Source: Yuukianura sp. NJ FZ-2021 (Eukaryota). From it: a DNA stretch of 64,000 nucleotides. The stretch covers positions 8,990,001 to 9,054,000 of the forward strand of contig CM102283.1 in the NCBI GenBank assembly GCA_046563655.1, in the 5' to 3' direction. The translations under genes and the position numbers were made by a program. The first letter of the stretch is position 1. Each line of letters starts with the position of its first letter. This document shows, in pieces, positions 30,380 through 43,536 of this stretch. The notes under the pieces were generated by a model. It ran no database searches. It was not told the DNA's origin and saw only the letters and a program-made list of their open reading frames with translations.

Positions 30380-31954
30380 TAGGCAGTGAACAAATGAAGA
30401 AGGGGGATGTTTGACATGAAGCCGAAATATCTGTTTCAACTGGCGGCGGGGGCACTTTGATGGTCATAAAGGATCTAAAAGGGAACTCAAATAAAACAAA
30501 AAATCAACAGGAAAGGGGAAAAAACAAGAAAAGAAACCAAATTGTGAGCCAAATCGGAGTAAAAAAAAAATCCATGATTTTGCTTTTACAAATTTTGAAA
30601 AAAATAATAATATTTAATATTTAATTTTCTTAATAAAATATAAATTTTCTTTTTCTTAATAATATTTTCGTGATCGTGGGTCCATTGGGTGTTTTCAAAA
30701 CAAAAGTTAAAGAAAAATTGATGATTGGCCTAAAAAATACACTTTCACGAGGATTACAACAATTACACAACACAAAAATCTGTACTAAGAGTAGCATATT
30801 ACATAAAGCCCGAATAACTGTTTCATAAATTCGTAAAAAGTAAAATTAACTTTCAAGTATTGACAAAATTCAGTAGAGTTTATGCATATGCAGCATTTTA
30901 TTTTTTAATAGTTTCACGTAGAAAACCAAAGTGAATTTATTATTAATTTGTTACTACAGTCACCGAGGTATCGAGTCCTAAACTACAAAAGATAACTTGT
31001 CCGCAGCAGGTTCTTTTTAAAATTGTGCAAAGGAAATAGGGGCAAAGGTAGGAGATCAGGGACTAAAGTGCATAACGATGTTGATGGGGGTGGATGCAGC
31101 ATTAGTTGCTTGTTTCACATCAGAAATGCAAAATGGAGTTGCACCCCTATTTCACGGAGAGAAGGAAGTGAAATTTGCTCATGGAAGACGAGCCAGAGCG
31201 TTCTGAAAGGTACAAACAATCGTTGAGGAAGAGTTGAGTCATAGTAAATTAATGAGCTTCATAAAACAACTTCATAGTATTGACCTGAATGGTTTTGGAG
31301 TTCCAACGCTGTATTTATTTGTGTTCCAGCTCCAGGGCGTTGTGAATGGGTCAAAGACGTACAGGCCATCGTCAGTGCCCAAGAAAAGGAAACCGCTTGC
31401 GGACATTGCGATCAAATTTGAATTTCATCAACGAAGTTTGCGCATTCACCGGATTCCGGCTCATCGTCATCCCAAGGTTCCCGTTAAGCCAGGCAATCGA
31501 AGAAACAACGGATTGCCACCATCCTGATGGCACACATCAAATGTGGAACACGAAAGAAAACTGGAACTAATTCTCCCATGTCCCAAAGAGAAGAAGGATT
31601 TTGTTCCAGCGTCACCTACACTGCAAAACGGATAAGAGTTACTTAGGAACTGCAGTGCAGTTACTGCACGCACGGAAATTGTTACACAAAACGTCAGACA
31701 TTTGCTGGCAGAGGTTGTGCTAATAAATTCCTTACCAGTTCAGCGGATGTCACGTAATGGGTAAGGTATATAATAGACCTTGTTCAAACACTATTTGGAA
31801 GGGTTGATGAACATAAAGTGTTTAGGTATACACAGCAAATGAGAAAAAAAACAGCGTCAACAAAATTGAACCAAAGGTATTTTTGTAGAAAAAGTAGAAC
31901 ACGGAGCAGGAAGGAGAGACATGAGCGGGGGAAAGGCGAAGAGAGAAAACTGGC

Positions 31955-32371
31955 ACTGAAACATAGGATGAGAAAGTGGAAGCAACATGGAGTCATCTCT
32001 TCTCACCTTTCCTTGCCAAATGTTGGCTCAACACCACGCCCAAACCAAAAAATACAAAGGGAAAGGGACCGGATTCACTCAAACTACACCAAAAAGGAGG
32101 GAAGACGTTCAGTTTAGTTAACTGTGAGCATGAAGGTTAGATTAACCTTCGTTAGGTTAACCTTAGGTAACCTAACCTAACTGAAACATAGGATGAGAAA
32201 GTGGAAGCAACATGGAGTCCGCATCTCTTCCCACCTTTCCTTGGCAAAAGTTGGCTCAACACCATGCCTGGAAATCCTAAACAAACAAATACAAAGGGAA
32301 AGGGAACGGATTCACCTAAATCTACACGGAAAAAGAGGAAAGAGGTACAGTTCAGTTAACGCTGAGCATGA
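31955..32371. repeat. Imperfect direct duplication of ~180-190 bp
   Basis: ACTGAAACATAGGATGAGAAAGTGGAAGCAACATGGAGTC... at 31955 and 32180, separated by a TTAGG/CCTAA-rich spacer. Confidence 0.85.
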
Positions 32372-32952
32372 ATTATCTCAACGTCATTCCACAACCTAAA
32401 GTCGACTGGAAAGGAGCAATGGCAGGAAGTGGAATTCAATGGTGTATTAAAAATTTACCATTAATCAGTAATTTCAAATACATGTAAACGTAGTTTTGTC
32501 CATGGTAGAAGTTAAAAAAAAATTCGTTACTTGAATCTCAGAAGAAGGCCTCACAGCATGAAAAAACGAAAGTAGCAGCATGTAGAATTGGCTTAAGAGG
32601 TAGACGATGAGCCGAATCTAACAAACAATTATCACCGTTTCAAAAGTGTACCTCAATGTGAGAACAAAACAGGCCGTCAAACCCTTCAAAAATTGTTAAA
32701 TTCCAAAAACGAATTGAAGAATTAAATGTTTATGAAAGGAAGAAAATGGTTAAGTATTTGGGTATACGCGTTACGAATTTGTGCAAAAAAAAATTAAAAT
32801 CCATGGCAACGGGAGACAAACGTAAATATTTGCTTGAGAAAAGTTTGATTTTCTAAATTTCAAAAAATGGATTCCGTTTTTGCAAAAACAAATGCAGGAA
32901 ATGAACTTTCCAAAAGTGAATTTGAAAAAGGAGTTGATTTGAACTTGACAAA

Positions 32953-35900
32953 ATGAATTCACCGTTTGACAAAGAGCGGAAAGTACAAATTTCGTCAACA
33001 AGAGAGTTTGTGCTGGACTTGGATGATGACCAAAAATCCACGTACGTTTGGAGCCAAAATACAAAAACCTAGAATTCATTTCGTATTTTTTTTTCGAAAT
33101 TTTACATTCATTTTGTAATGCTTTTTTTGAAATTTTTAGTTTAAGTGCTGGCAGAAACAGAAATGATCCGGAAGCGGACGAAGATAACATTTCCGATTCA
33201 GGTCATAAGCGTCATCGGCATTCGCGAGTTCAGAACAGTCGTCTGAAGCTATGGCGACGACGACTGTTTGCAATGACTTGGATCTTCCTTCTGCTCAGCT
33301 ACCGTCGCCTAGCAACAACAATTTTAGCAATCATTTTTCCAGTATTCGTGTTGGTCATCTTCGTCATATCAATTACGTATCACTTTCACTGGGAGTTTTC
33401 CGGAAAAGCAAAACTGGAATTGACCAAAGACGCACAAGGTCAAGTCTAAAATCTTTCTAACATTTTGAAAATTTTCAAAATTTTGTTTTGATTTTGGAAA
33501 ATTAGAATCCAGCTACACTCATGGAACAGATACAACTCGCCTCAGAAAGTATTTTGTTGATAATGAATTTTTATGCCACAAGCATGGTGGAGAACAAGCT
33601 GGCGAATCTTGGATTTTCTTTGCTCCAAAAAATGAATTCACCGTAGGTTTTATGGAACGAGTTGAAAAAAATTTGGAAATTACAAACCACGGGGTAAGAT
33701 TTTCTTTTAAAAAGAAAAATTTCGTAATTTTTTTTAAGAATTTCAAAATTTCAGTATGGAGTTGACACTGAAACTGAAGTTGTTCAACTCTGCAAAGCAT
33801 TTTTTCATAACCGAACTCAAAATCCTTCCGGTTCCGAACCAGCGCCAATCGGCATAATTTTCAAACTAAAAAATGAAATTTCAAATGGATCCACTAGACC
33901 TTGGAGAAGTGAAGATTATTTTTCAACTCCATTTTCATACACAATTAGAACTTTTTTGCAAGAAGTGGCCGATACCAAAGAACTTTTTCCGTACTACAAA
34001 AGTTTAAAAAAAGAACAAAACTGTAAGATTTAAAAAAAAAACATTTTCAAAAACTTTTTGCTTAAAGAATTTTTGTTTCAAAAAGTGTCTCCCTACGTTG
34101 GAAGCGGGTTTCAAGGACTTCAAAACGCAATTGACTTTGCCTACATGCAAATGATTGCAAAAACACAAGAGATGGTGCTTCATCCAGAAGCACAACGGGT
34201 ATAAAAATTTGAACTATTCTTGAAAATTTTCTCAAATTATTTCAAAATTTTGAAAAACAGACGAAAGACACAGTGGACCAGACTTTGAAAAAGTTCAAAT
34301 ACAGTATGCTTCCGTTTCCAATTTACTTGGACATAAAGAGCAAAACAAGTACGTGGTTTCTGCTCGTGTTGGCTCTTGTAACGGGAGATTTCTTTACGAC
34401 TTTTATGCGATCCAAGAAAATTATTGAAGAACGACAGTCTGGAATATTAGTAAAATCAAACTAATTAATTTAACTTGTTAATATAATTAATATTTGTGTT
34501 TTGATTCAGGAAATGCTAAAACTGCATGGTTTGAGCACAAGTGTTAACTGGGTGTCAGTTTTGATGCAAGATTTTGTTTCGCGCGGAATTCAATCTGGAC
34601 TTTTGGCTCTTGTGCTTATCAGTAGCGTTACGAATGTCGCATTCCTTCAGTACGACAATGGCTTCATTTGGTTCGTTCTTTACCTCCATGGATTCGCTTT
34701 AGCAAGTTTCGTCCACGTGACTTCACTCCTGTTCAGTGGCGGTAAAATTCGAACTTTTCAAATTCGAAAATTTTCCCGCTTTGCCTGTCGAGTTATATGA
34801 CCGGCCTAGACTGTTCCTTGCTACTAAGGACAGTCTGGGCCGGTACAACTCAAATAACTTTGCAGTAATAGCAAGTTTAAAATTTCCCACGCTTTTTTGC
34901 AGCTACTTTTGGCGCCATTGTTTCCTGTTTCATTGGACTACTGACATTCATTGTTCCGATGACCATATACGGTTTGGGATTCAATTTGGGCAAATTTTTC
35001 AACGGAACTCTTTGTTTCCTGTTTCCAAATTGGTGCTTGGCAAATGCCATCTACAATTTCCTAAAATTCGAATCTTATGGTAAGGAAATGTTTTTAAGTT
35101 TTCGTTTCGAAAACATTTTTCAGAAAATTTCAAAATTCATCTTTTTCAATTTTTAGATACTGGGGTCAACTTATCCATTTTCGCACGTTTCGCTGACGAA
35201 CGACGTGTAATTTTACCGGAAAGTGTCTGCATTGTTGTATTCGTGGTGTCTGCAATTACGTATTACCTCCTCACTGTCTACATTGACAATGTCCAGAAGA
35301 AACGATTCATTCCCAGAGAACCTTACTTTTACTGGCTCAAGGTAACGTTTGAAAAACGATTTTTAAAAAAAGTCAAAGATTGATTTCTAAAATAACTAAA
35401 TACTCTCAGCGTGATGGGCAGGCTGAGGATGATAATGACGACGAAGACATCATTGAGGCAGAGCTGACCGATGAAGATTTTGACAAACCACCCGTTTATG
35501 AAAGTGTAACCAGTGGGACGGTCAGTATCAAGTGTCGTAAAGTGTCACAGGTCTATGGTGACATGCTCCATGTTCTGGACACTATCAACCTCAACATTTA
35601 CGAAGTAATTGATTAACAATATTAGTTAACGGAGACTTTGATACTAAAACGATTTCTTTTACTAGGGTGAAGTGACACTGTTGCTTGGTGACACCGGTTC
35701 CGGAAAATCTGAACTGCTAAGCTGTCTGAGTGGACTGATGAAACCGAGCAGTGGATATACGTTGTTCTACGGTCGGCCAATTGCCGGTGACTTCGCTCTC
35801 ATCCAAGAATACTTTGGATTCTGTTTCAAACCTCATCTGTTCTACCCACATCTCACTGTTGCAGAACATATTCAACTATGTTGCTTGGTAAGTCAGCTGT

Positions 35901-38900
35901 TTAAGTTGCTATGTTGTAAAATTGAATGTTTTAAATAATCCAGTTGCACGGTAATGAGTATATGGTCACCAAGAGACAATGTGTGGCACTCCTGCTTCGA
36001 CTTGGCCTTTACCAAGTGCGATCGTCCACTATCAAGCGATTAACGGAAGCTCAAAAACGAAGGCTGTCAATAGCCATGGCGCTGGCCAACAATCCTAAAG
36101 TCCTTATTCTGGATCTCCCAACAGTTGGAATGGACTCATCAGAGGTATAACAAAACCACCAGTATTGTCAGTATTCAGTAACCGCAATACTTCTTTCTAG
36201 GTTCACCAAATGTGGGAAACGCTTCGGGTACTCTAACATTTTTTTACAAAATGTATCTATATACTAACTATTTCGTATGTTCAACGTTTTCATGATCAAG
36301 GGACTGAGGGAAGGGCGAGCCATCATTGTTACAGCTACAGCTCATGCCATGGAAGAAGGGGATTTGTACGCAGATAGACTTGGGATAATGGCCAACGGTC
36401 GCCTACTGTCCTTTTCATCGTCCAGTTATCTGAAATCTACGCTGGGTGAGCCAAAATCGATAAGCTAAAATCTGAACCTCATCGCGTTAACTTGCTAACG
36501 TATGTTCTAGAAATCGGATCGTACATTCAGTGTGACAAATCCGAGGATAAAGAAATCGACGTCGACGCAATTCTGGCTACTATCCAAAGAGCAATGGGAC
36601 CCAAGTCAGACAATACCACTGGAGTTTCACACGTTCAAATCAAAGCATTTGAACATTTGAAAACTCAAGCCTATTTTTCCATTCCTCCCAAAACTCAATT
36701 ATCTCGAGTGTTGAGAGCACTGGAAGACCACAGTACGGAACTCGGATTTACGAAAGTTTCAGTGATGCATCTTACACTAGCTGCTGTGTTGAGGGACTTG
36801 AGTTACAAGGCTGGCATGGAGCAAGCCATGATCGGTGCTTTTGGATCTCACAAAACAACAAATCAGTACGAAGAGGTCAAAGCTCCAGGTAAGGCAATTG
36901 AGTCACTACAGATTTTACCGCCAAACTTAAAACTTTTTTTGGCTTGCAGTTGAGATACCAAAACTACCAAAAGGTGCCGTAAAAGATCCAAACGTATTGT
37001 CCACAACTATAGCTTTGATTATCAAAAACGTTTTATACGTTCGTCAAAAGTATCGGTTCTACTGGATAGAGTATCTTTTTCCGTTATGTCTCACGTTCAT
37101 CTTCGTTTTCCTCTCGGAGTTCTACATTTGGTCACAACCTACTGAAAATGCTCTCCATCTTTCCGCCAACACTTATAGTTTGTCCAACATTCCGGTTTAC
37201 CTAGAAGACGTTCAGGTAAATACCAAATTACAGCTGTGTTTTCAAAAGTTGCGAAAATTTTGGTTAGTTAGTTTGAAATTTTTGTTTCAGACGTTGAAAA
37301 AAGGACTTCCTGGCCTAATAGCCGACAGAGCGGATCGTTTAGTGCTATTTGGTGATGCTGGTAAACACGACCAGCCGAACTTCGAAAAAGCGCTGAAGCC
37401 ACTGGAGTCGAGCATGGTCGACTACCGAGCACAAGTCGTCATTGCTTTATCTTCAGCAAAGGATCTTACTGCCTACTACGCTTCAAATGCACTGCACAGC
37501 GCCCCTTGTGCGCATAACTTCTTGACTAACCTCATTCTGTACTCGTTTACCGACGACGTCCGGAAAGAGACGAATCCTTACAGAGTAGATGTCTACAATC
37601 ACCCATTTAACGAATACGAGGTAATTTTTAAAAAATCACGTTTTAAAAACTTAAGACGTTTTAAAACTTTTTTTTTGCAGACGCAAGCGATTGGAACACG
37701 CAGCGACATCACGAATGCGGCAGTTGGATGCTTATTGTCAATTGTTGTTTCTCTGATGGCAGCGTCAAAAGTGGCTTTACCGCTGGTTGACCGTGTCACA
37801 GGGGTAATAACTAAAAAAAAAATTTTTTTTTTGAAAATTTTTGATCGAAAAAGAATTTTTTTTGAAGTGTCGAAGAGTTCAGAAAGTAGCTGGAGTGAGA
37901 CCGTGGCAGTACGTCGGAGCACTAGCTAGCTGCGACGCTATTTTTAATTTCACTGCTGCCATTCTACTGATGGGAGTCGTTTGTCTTGCAGATATGGCCT
38001 CTAAAAGTGCTTTTCGTGGATTCGAATCCAAAAGTTACACACATACAAAATCTTTTTTAAACTTTTTAATACCAAAATGCTAAATGTACTTTATGTTTTT
38101 AGAAATGTTGTTTGCCATTTTCTGTGCTCATCTCTGCTGGGCAAGTTTGCCTTACGGCTACATCCTAAGCAAAATGGTGTCCACTCAGCTGTCAGCCTAT
38201 GGCCTGTATTTCATCTGCCACGTTATGCTGGGTGAGAACTATTTCAAAGAATTCGTACAGTTGCGCATGGTGGACTAAATTGAACGTTTTCTGCGCAGGA
38301 ATCCTCCCTCAGCTACTCACGAGCACGCTTTTCAACGAAACGCCTTACGGAACCCGGTTGGTACTCGAAGGCATTCTTGCTTTTTCACCTCCATATACTC
38401 TGGTTGGTAATTTTTGAAATTTCAATTGTAGAAAAAACAAAACTTTTTTGTCACATACACTTTGGAAAAAAAATTATTTTTTTTTTTGGTATTTTAGACA
38501 GGAGCTCTCATACGATACATTCACGTGGTGGTAGGACAGAGCTACTGTCTAGAAATGCCGCCGGATACACAAAAGGTCAAGTTTAAGGCACAATTTTTCA
38601 TAATTTTTCATTTTCAAAAAAAAAAAAATCAAAAATTAATTTTTTCTTCAAAAATGCGTAATTCTTTTCAGTTGTGTGTGGTGTATGACAAATTGATTAA
38701 CCAAACGACCATTCTGGATTCAATCAGTTCTGATCCCTACTTCAAAGTCTGCTGTCGTATGGCTCCAAAAAAAAAATTTTTTTTGAAAGTAAGCTTCATG
38801 ATCTTATGTGATTTTTGTTTCTTTTTAGAAAAATTTTGTACTGCAGCCGGAAGTTGTTATAAGAAACCGCCGTTTTTTGTTCCAAAATTTGAAATTCCGA

Positions 38901-41080
38901 TAAACATAATGTCCTGCCTGTACATCATGCTGCTTCAGGGCTTGTTTTACCTGTAAGTTGACAAAAATATTTTTTCAAAATTTGAAACTAACTTTTTTTT
39001 TTAATCAGGTTGGTTCTGCTCGCCTTAGACTACAACTTTCTGCAGCGGTTTTGGGACATACTGCAAGTAAATATTTTAGGCGACGTGGAGGCTGCTAGGC
39101 TGCATTTGTTTCGCGAAGTCAAAGCGAGTTCAATCAACGAAGAGTCAGTTCATGAAGAAATCGAACGGATTGAAGCCATTGCTGAAACTGGTAAAAACTA
39201 AAAAAAATCAAGATTTCGAAAAAGAAAATCAAAATTTTAAGGAGAAAATCAAAATTTTTGTTGCAGGTGAAAACCCGGCGGAAGTTCCTGATATTTTCTA
39301 CACTCGGAACATAACAAAATGGTTTGGAAAGAAACAAGTCGTGCAGAACATTTACTTCGGCCTGCCCCGAGGTCACATTCTGGCTATCATGGGAGTAAAC
39401 AACAGTGGAAAAACCACTTTGATCAGAATAATCGTCGGTGACCTTCGACCTGAACTGGGCTACTGTGTCATTGAGCCTGGTCTGCGCATTAACAAGCACC
39501 AAGATACCTACTTGAGTAAAATCGGCTACTTATCTGAAAATGATGCTGTGCTGCCCTACCTAACGGGATTTCAAATGATGCAACTCATAGCAAGAATCAA
39601 AGGAATTCCAGCCAACTGTTTGAATATCCACTGCAGAAAGATCTTGCAATTATTTCGTAAAAGTTTTTGAAATTTCAACAATCCCTGCCCAAAATTTTGA
39701 AATTTAGTGGTTTTTAGGTTTCAGTGACAAGGAAATGACAACACTTACTGCCAAGTATGAACGTGGGATGAAACGTCGGCTGTGCTGTGCTATGGCTCTT
39801 ATAGGGAACTGCGAACTTCTAATATTGGATGAACCTACGACCGGACTCGGTAAAAAATTTTCGTTAACGCGCTTACTACTGTTTACCTAGATTCAAAATT
39901 TCATAATTTTTCAAAATTTTTAGATATGACGAGCCAACTAAACTTTTGGGGCACAGTTCAACTCCTGCGTCTCACTGGACAGTCAATTATTTTCACATCA
40001 ATCACTGCTCAAGAGTGTGTCGAAAATTCAACCAAAATGTTCATTATGGAAGACGGAAAAATGAAGGCCATCGGAACTCCAGCGGCCATCAATCAGCAGT
40101 ATGCCACTGGTAAATAAAAATATCACAAAAAAAAACCAAAACAAAAAAAAAGTTGATTAAACTTGAGATTTCGAAATTTTGTAGGTTGGACACTTATAGT
40201 CAGATTTCTGAAAAACACGTATTCAAAACGTGAATTGGACATTCAAGTGGAGACGCTGAAGGATTACATCGAAGAAATGTTCAGGTAAAGTTCAATTTTT
40301 CGAATTCCAGCCCACTTTGCTGCACCTACCTCGATTTGTACACATAAAATTTTGAAAACAAAAGTTTGGAAATTTTGGTTTTTCAGTCCCTGTGAACTAA
40401 AAGACAAAGATCTGGAAGGTCACCTACTAATTTACCATATTTTGGGCAAGATGACTCCGTTGAGTGAGTTGTACTCAATTATGGAAACGATTGCCAGCGA
40501 CATGTCAGATTTCGTTTCGGAGTAAGCTGATTTCGAAAACAAAATTTTCAAATTTTGAAAAAAATTGGTTAAATTTTTGTTTTTGAATAGCTATCTCATC
40601 GAAGAATCAAGTCTGGACGATATCATGGGGTACTTTGGGGGTTCGTCGAGCCAGGGCATGAAACTGCCCGACTACTCACCGACTAGTGACGAAGGCAGAC
40701 TGCCCGGATCCGATGACAATCTAGACTCTGTTGAACTTTCTCAAGAAAATCAAACCAAGTGGAATGCTCTCAAAAAACGACAGTTTTTGTCAGTACAATC
40801 AATAGTTCCCGGCAGTTTTGCTGCTGGGTTAACCAAGAAAGAAGATTTGGCTACGCTGGTAAGGCGGTATCAACTGGTGAAAAAACCAGTTGAAGCGATT
40901 CTCAAGAAGCGTCTGAATAGGAGTCCAGCGGCAGCGATCAACGAAGCAGCGAAACGTCCCACGCTGAAGCAAGGGCCGAAGAAGATGGCTCGCAAGGAAA
41001 ACATTTTTAAGTTCCTTGCTCAACGTACTAATGATCAACAGACTTCACCGTATACTAGCCGCGCAAGATTCGATATGTAA
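32953..41080 (+). CDS. Second ABCA-subfamily full ABC transporter, divergent, multi-exon
   Basis: [36 protein letters not shown]1 ([33 protein letters not shown]), [13 protein letters not shown]2 ([20 protein letters not shown]), [14 protein letters not shown] at 32953 inferred by splice continuity; stop at 41080. Confidence 0.9.
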
Positions 41081-41260
41081 AGTAATTCGTTTTTAGAACA
41101 CTGCCTCTCCAATTCTGTTCGGAGGCAAAAATCAAATATAAATCTCCCGCCATTCCTCATTCCCTCAAGAGTTAACAGGAATGAAATCCACTCTCAATCA
41201 ACTTAACATTAATTACACTAACATTAATTAATTAATGTTTTTTTTTATAATCGCTTATGC

Positions 41261-43536
41261 CTAACGATTCCATCCACCTCTGCCACGACCACGCATCATC
41301 ATGCGCATGGGCGGGCCACCACGAGGGGGTGGTCCCCTGTCCATGAGGTGTGGCGGGGGAGGTGGTCCCCCGCCCCAAAATGGTGGCGGGCCTGATGGTG
41401 GACCGAAGTGATGTGGTGGAGGTGGTCCTTCTGGCCCATTGAACTGTGCTCCCATTGGTCCAAATCCAACGTTTGGATTAAATGGTCCAAAATCGTGATC
41501 TCCGTCGGGACGTCTCGGTGGACCACCATCTCGATTTCGGTTTTTGACAAAAACGGGATTGGAGCGACCTAGATAGACAAAAATTGGTGAATTTTGAAAA
41601 AGTGATGGAAAATGAAACGTTTTTGGAACGTTTTGAGTTTCGGAACTTACAACCATCGTCTTCCAATTCGTCGTCAACTTTGGAATCGTTCCAAATCGCT
41701 TGGAACTTCTTTGGAATGGGTTTTTGGTAGGGAGTTTTCTTGGGAGCAGAATGTTTCTCATGTTTTGTAGATTTTTCGGCTTCGTCTATGTCCAGTCCAG
41801 GAATAAAAAGATCTTCGTCGTCCTTATCCTCTTTGCTTTCTATCTTATCTTCAGGCCCCATGCCTGGAATGAACGCTTCTTCCATGTCGTTATCCTCAAT
41901 CGCTGCAGAGTAATCGCGCTGAGAATCTCGGAGTCGTACGACGTCTCCTGGTTTTTGGCGAGTCCAGAACTTTGAAGTGTGGTCATTTGAGCCGGAACAT
42001 AAAATATGACCAACGGGATGCCAAGCGAGTGACCAAATAATGTTTTCATGAGCGGATTCAATTGACCCAACTTCTTTCTCACACCTTTAGAAGAAAAATG
42101 AGTAGAAAATTAATTATAGATTAATATTTAAAGTAATTTGATCTTACGCGACATTCCAGAAGAGAATTGAACCGTCAGAGCCACCGGAAGCAAACAGATT
42201 TTCGTGAATGGGATGCCATGACACACAACTGGCTTCACGCTTGTGGCCGCGAAAAATTTGGACTTCTTGGGACAGTTTACGAATATCGAATAACTTGACG
42301 AGATGATCTCGGGAAGCAGTGACAAGCCAGTTGCCATTCCGATTCCATTTGCAGTCCATTACAGTACTTTTATGAGCATGTCTGAAAGTAAAAATGGAAA
42401 AATACAGTCATCTAGAACTACAAAAGCAAACATTTTGAAAAATTACATTGTTGCTATTGAAATTCCCGCCTTTGGATCCCAGAGTTTGATAGGCTGTTGA
42501 TTATCCTTTGACCCCGACACGACAATTCCTTTGTGTGGATGCCAATCAACGCACTTCACATCTGCTCCGTGACCTCTTAATACTTTTTCTTCATAACAAG
42601 AAAAGAAATCCCAGATACGGACAGTACCATCGTCTGAACACGAAGCAAACTTCTGATCGGAAGGACTAAATGACAAGCCACGAATGGCTTCTTTATGTGC
42701 CTGTAAAAACATCAAAGAATTAACAAAAAGTGAAACGATTGTCAGACGTTTTGTGTATTTTTACCTGAAACATCTTAACATTATTCATGTTGGATTGCCA
42801 GTACTTGACATAGCCCGCATGATCACCCGTCACCATCCAAATATCATTGTGAGACCAAACCATGGAACGAACAGGACTGTCATGTGCTTGCAAAATAGTT
42901 TCAAAATTAAAAGTAAGTCCGTTCCACAGTGTAAACTCTCCAGAAGAGGCTCCAGTCACGAGTCGTCGGCCTTCAGGGGTCCATGCCATGGAGAATATTG
43001 GACATCGCATTTTATTAGTTGCAGACTTGACGTATCGTGTAGTCACGGCGTTTGTGGGATTATCGAGCTGCATTGAAGGGGGAACTGTTTCCGGTGCATA
43101 AGTGTAATCCGGCTCCAGCATTCTTCTGTCCCTCTCATCTCTTTGCCATACTCGATTCTATTCCAGCAACAACAAAAAGTTTAGCATGAATCTAATAAGT
43201 ATGAAGTTTAAGTTCTTTTCATATTACCTGAAGTTGTTTAATAACGGCGGCATTGTAATCTACTGTTTTTCGAACTAGGCTTTTCCTCAACCTCCGTCCA
43301 TCATACGAATTGTCGTCGTCAGCAGCATTGGCCCTGGAAGGCGGAGGGGGACGTGGGAAGAGTCTATACGGTTGGTAAGCCAGTCTTTGCCGGGCATTTG
43401 GATGTCCAAACCCTTGAGGATTTTGAAAGCGATTCTGCTGCTGGGAATGGTCTGATGACAACTGAGATGGCGGTGGAAACCGTGGTGGTGGGCCACCAAA
43501 TCCCCTGTGAGGGGATGGTGGAACTTGGACACTCAT
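41261..43536 (-). CDS. WDR33: pre-mRNA 3'-end processing factor WDR33 (Pfs2)
   Basis: [104 protein letters not shown], Pro/Gly-rich tail. Confidence 0.96.

Noticed and set aside
25672-30420. Possible decayed MULE transposase fragment after removing nested inserts (…HPNPHELVEFL…)
   Set aside because: Only a short motif-like resemblance with wrong spacing and in-frame stops; cannot be supported without an HMM search.
31023-31760. Short ORFs in a more GC-rich patch
   Set aside because: No recognisable domain or consistent exon chain; possibly decayed TE or pseudogene.
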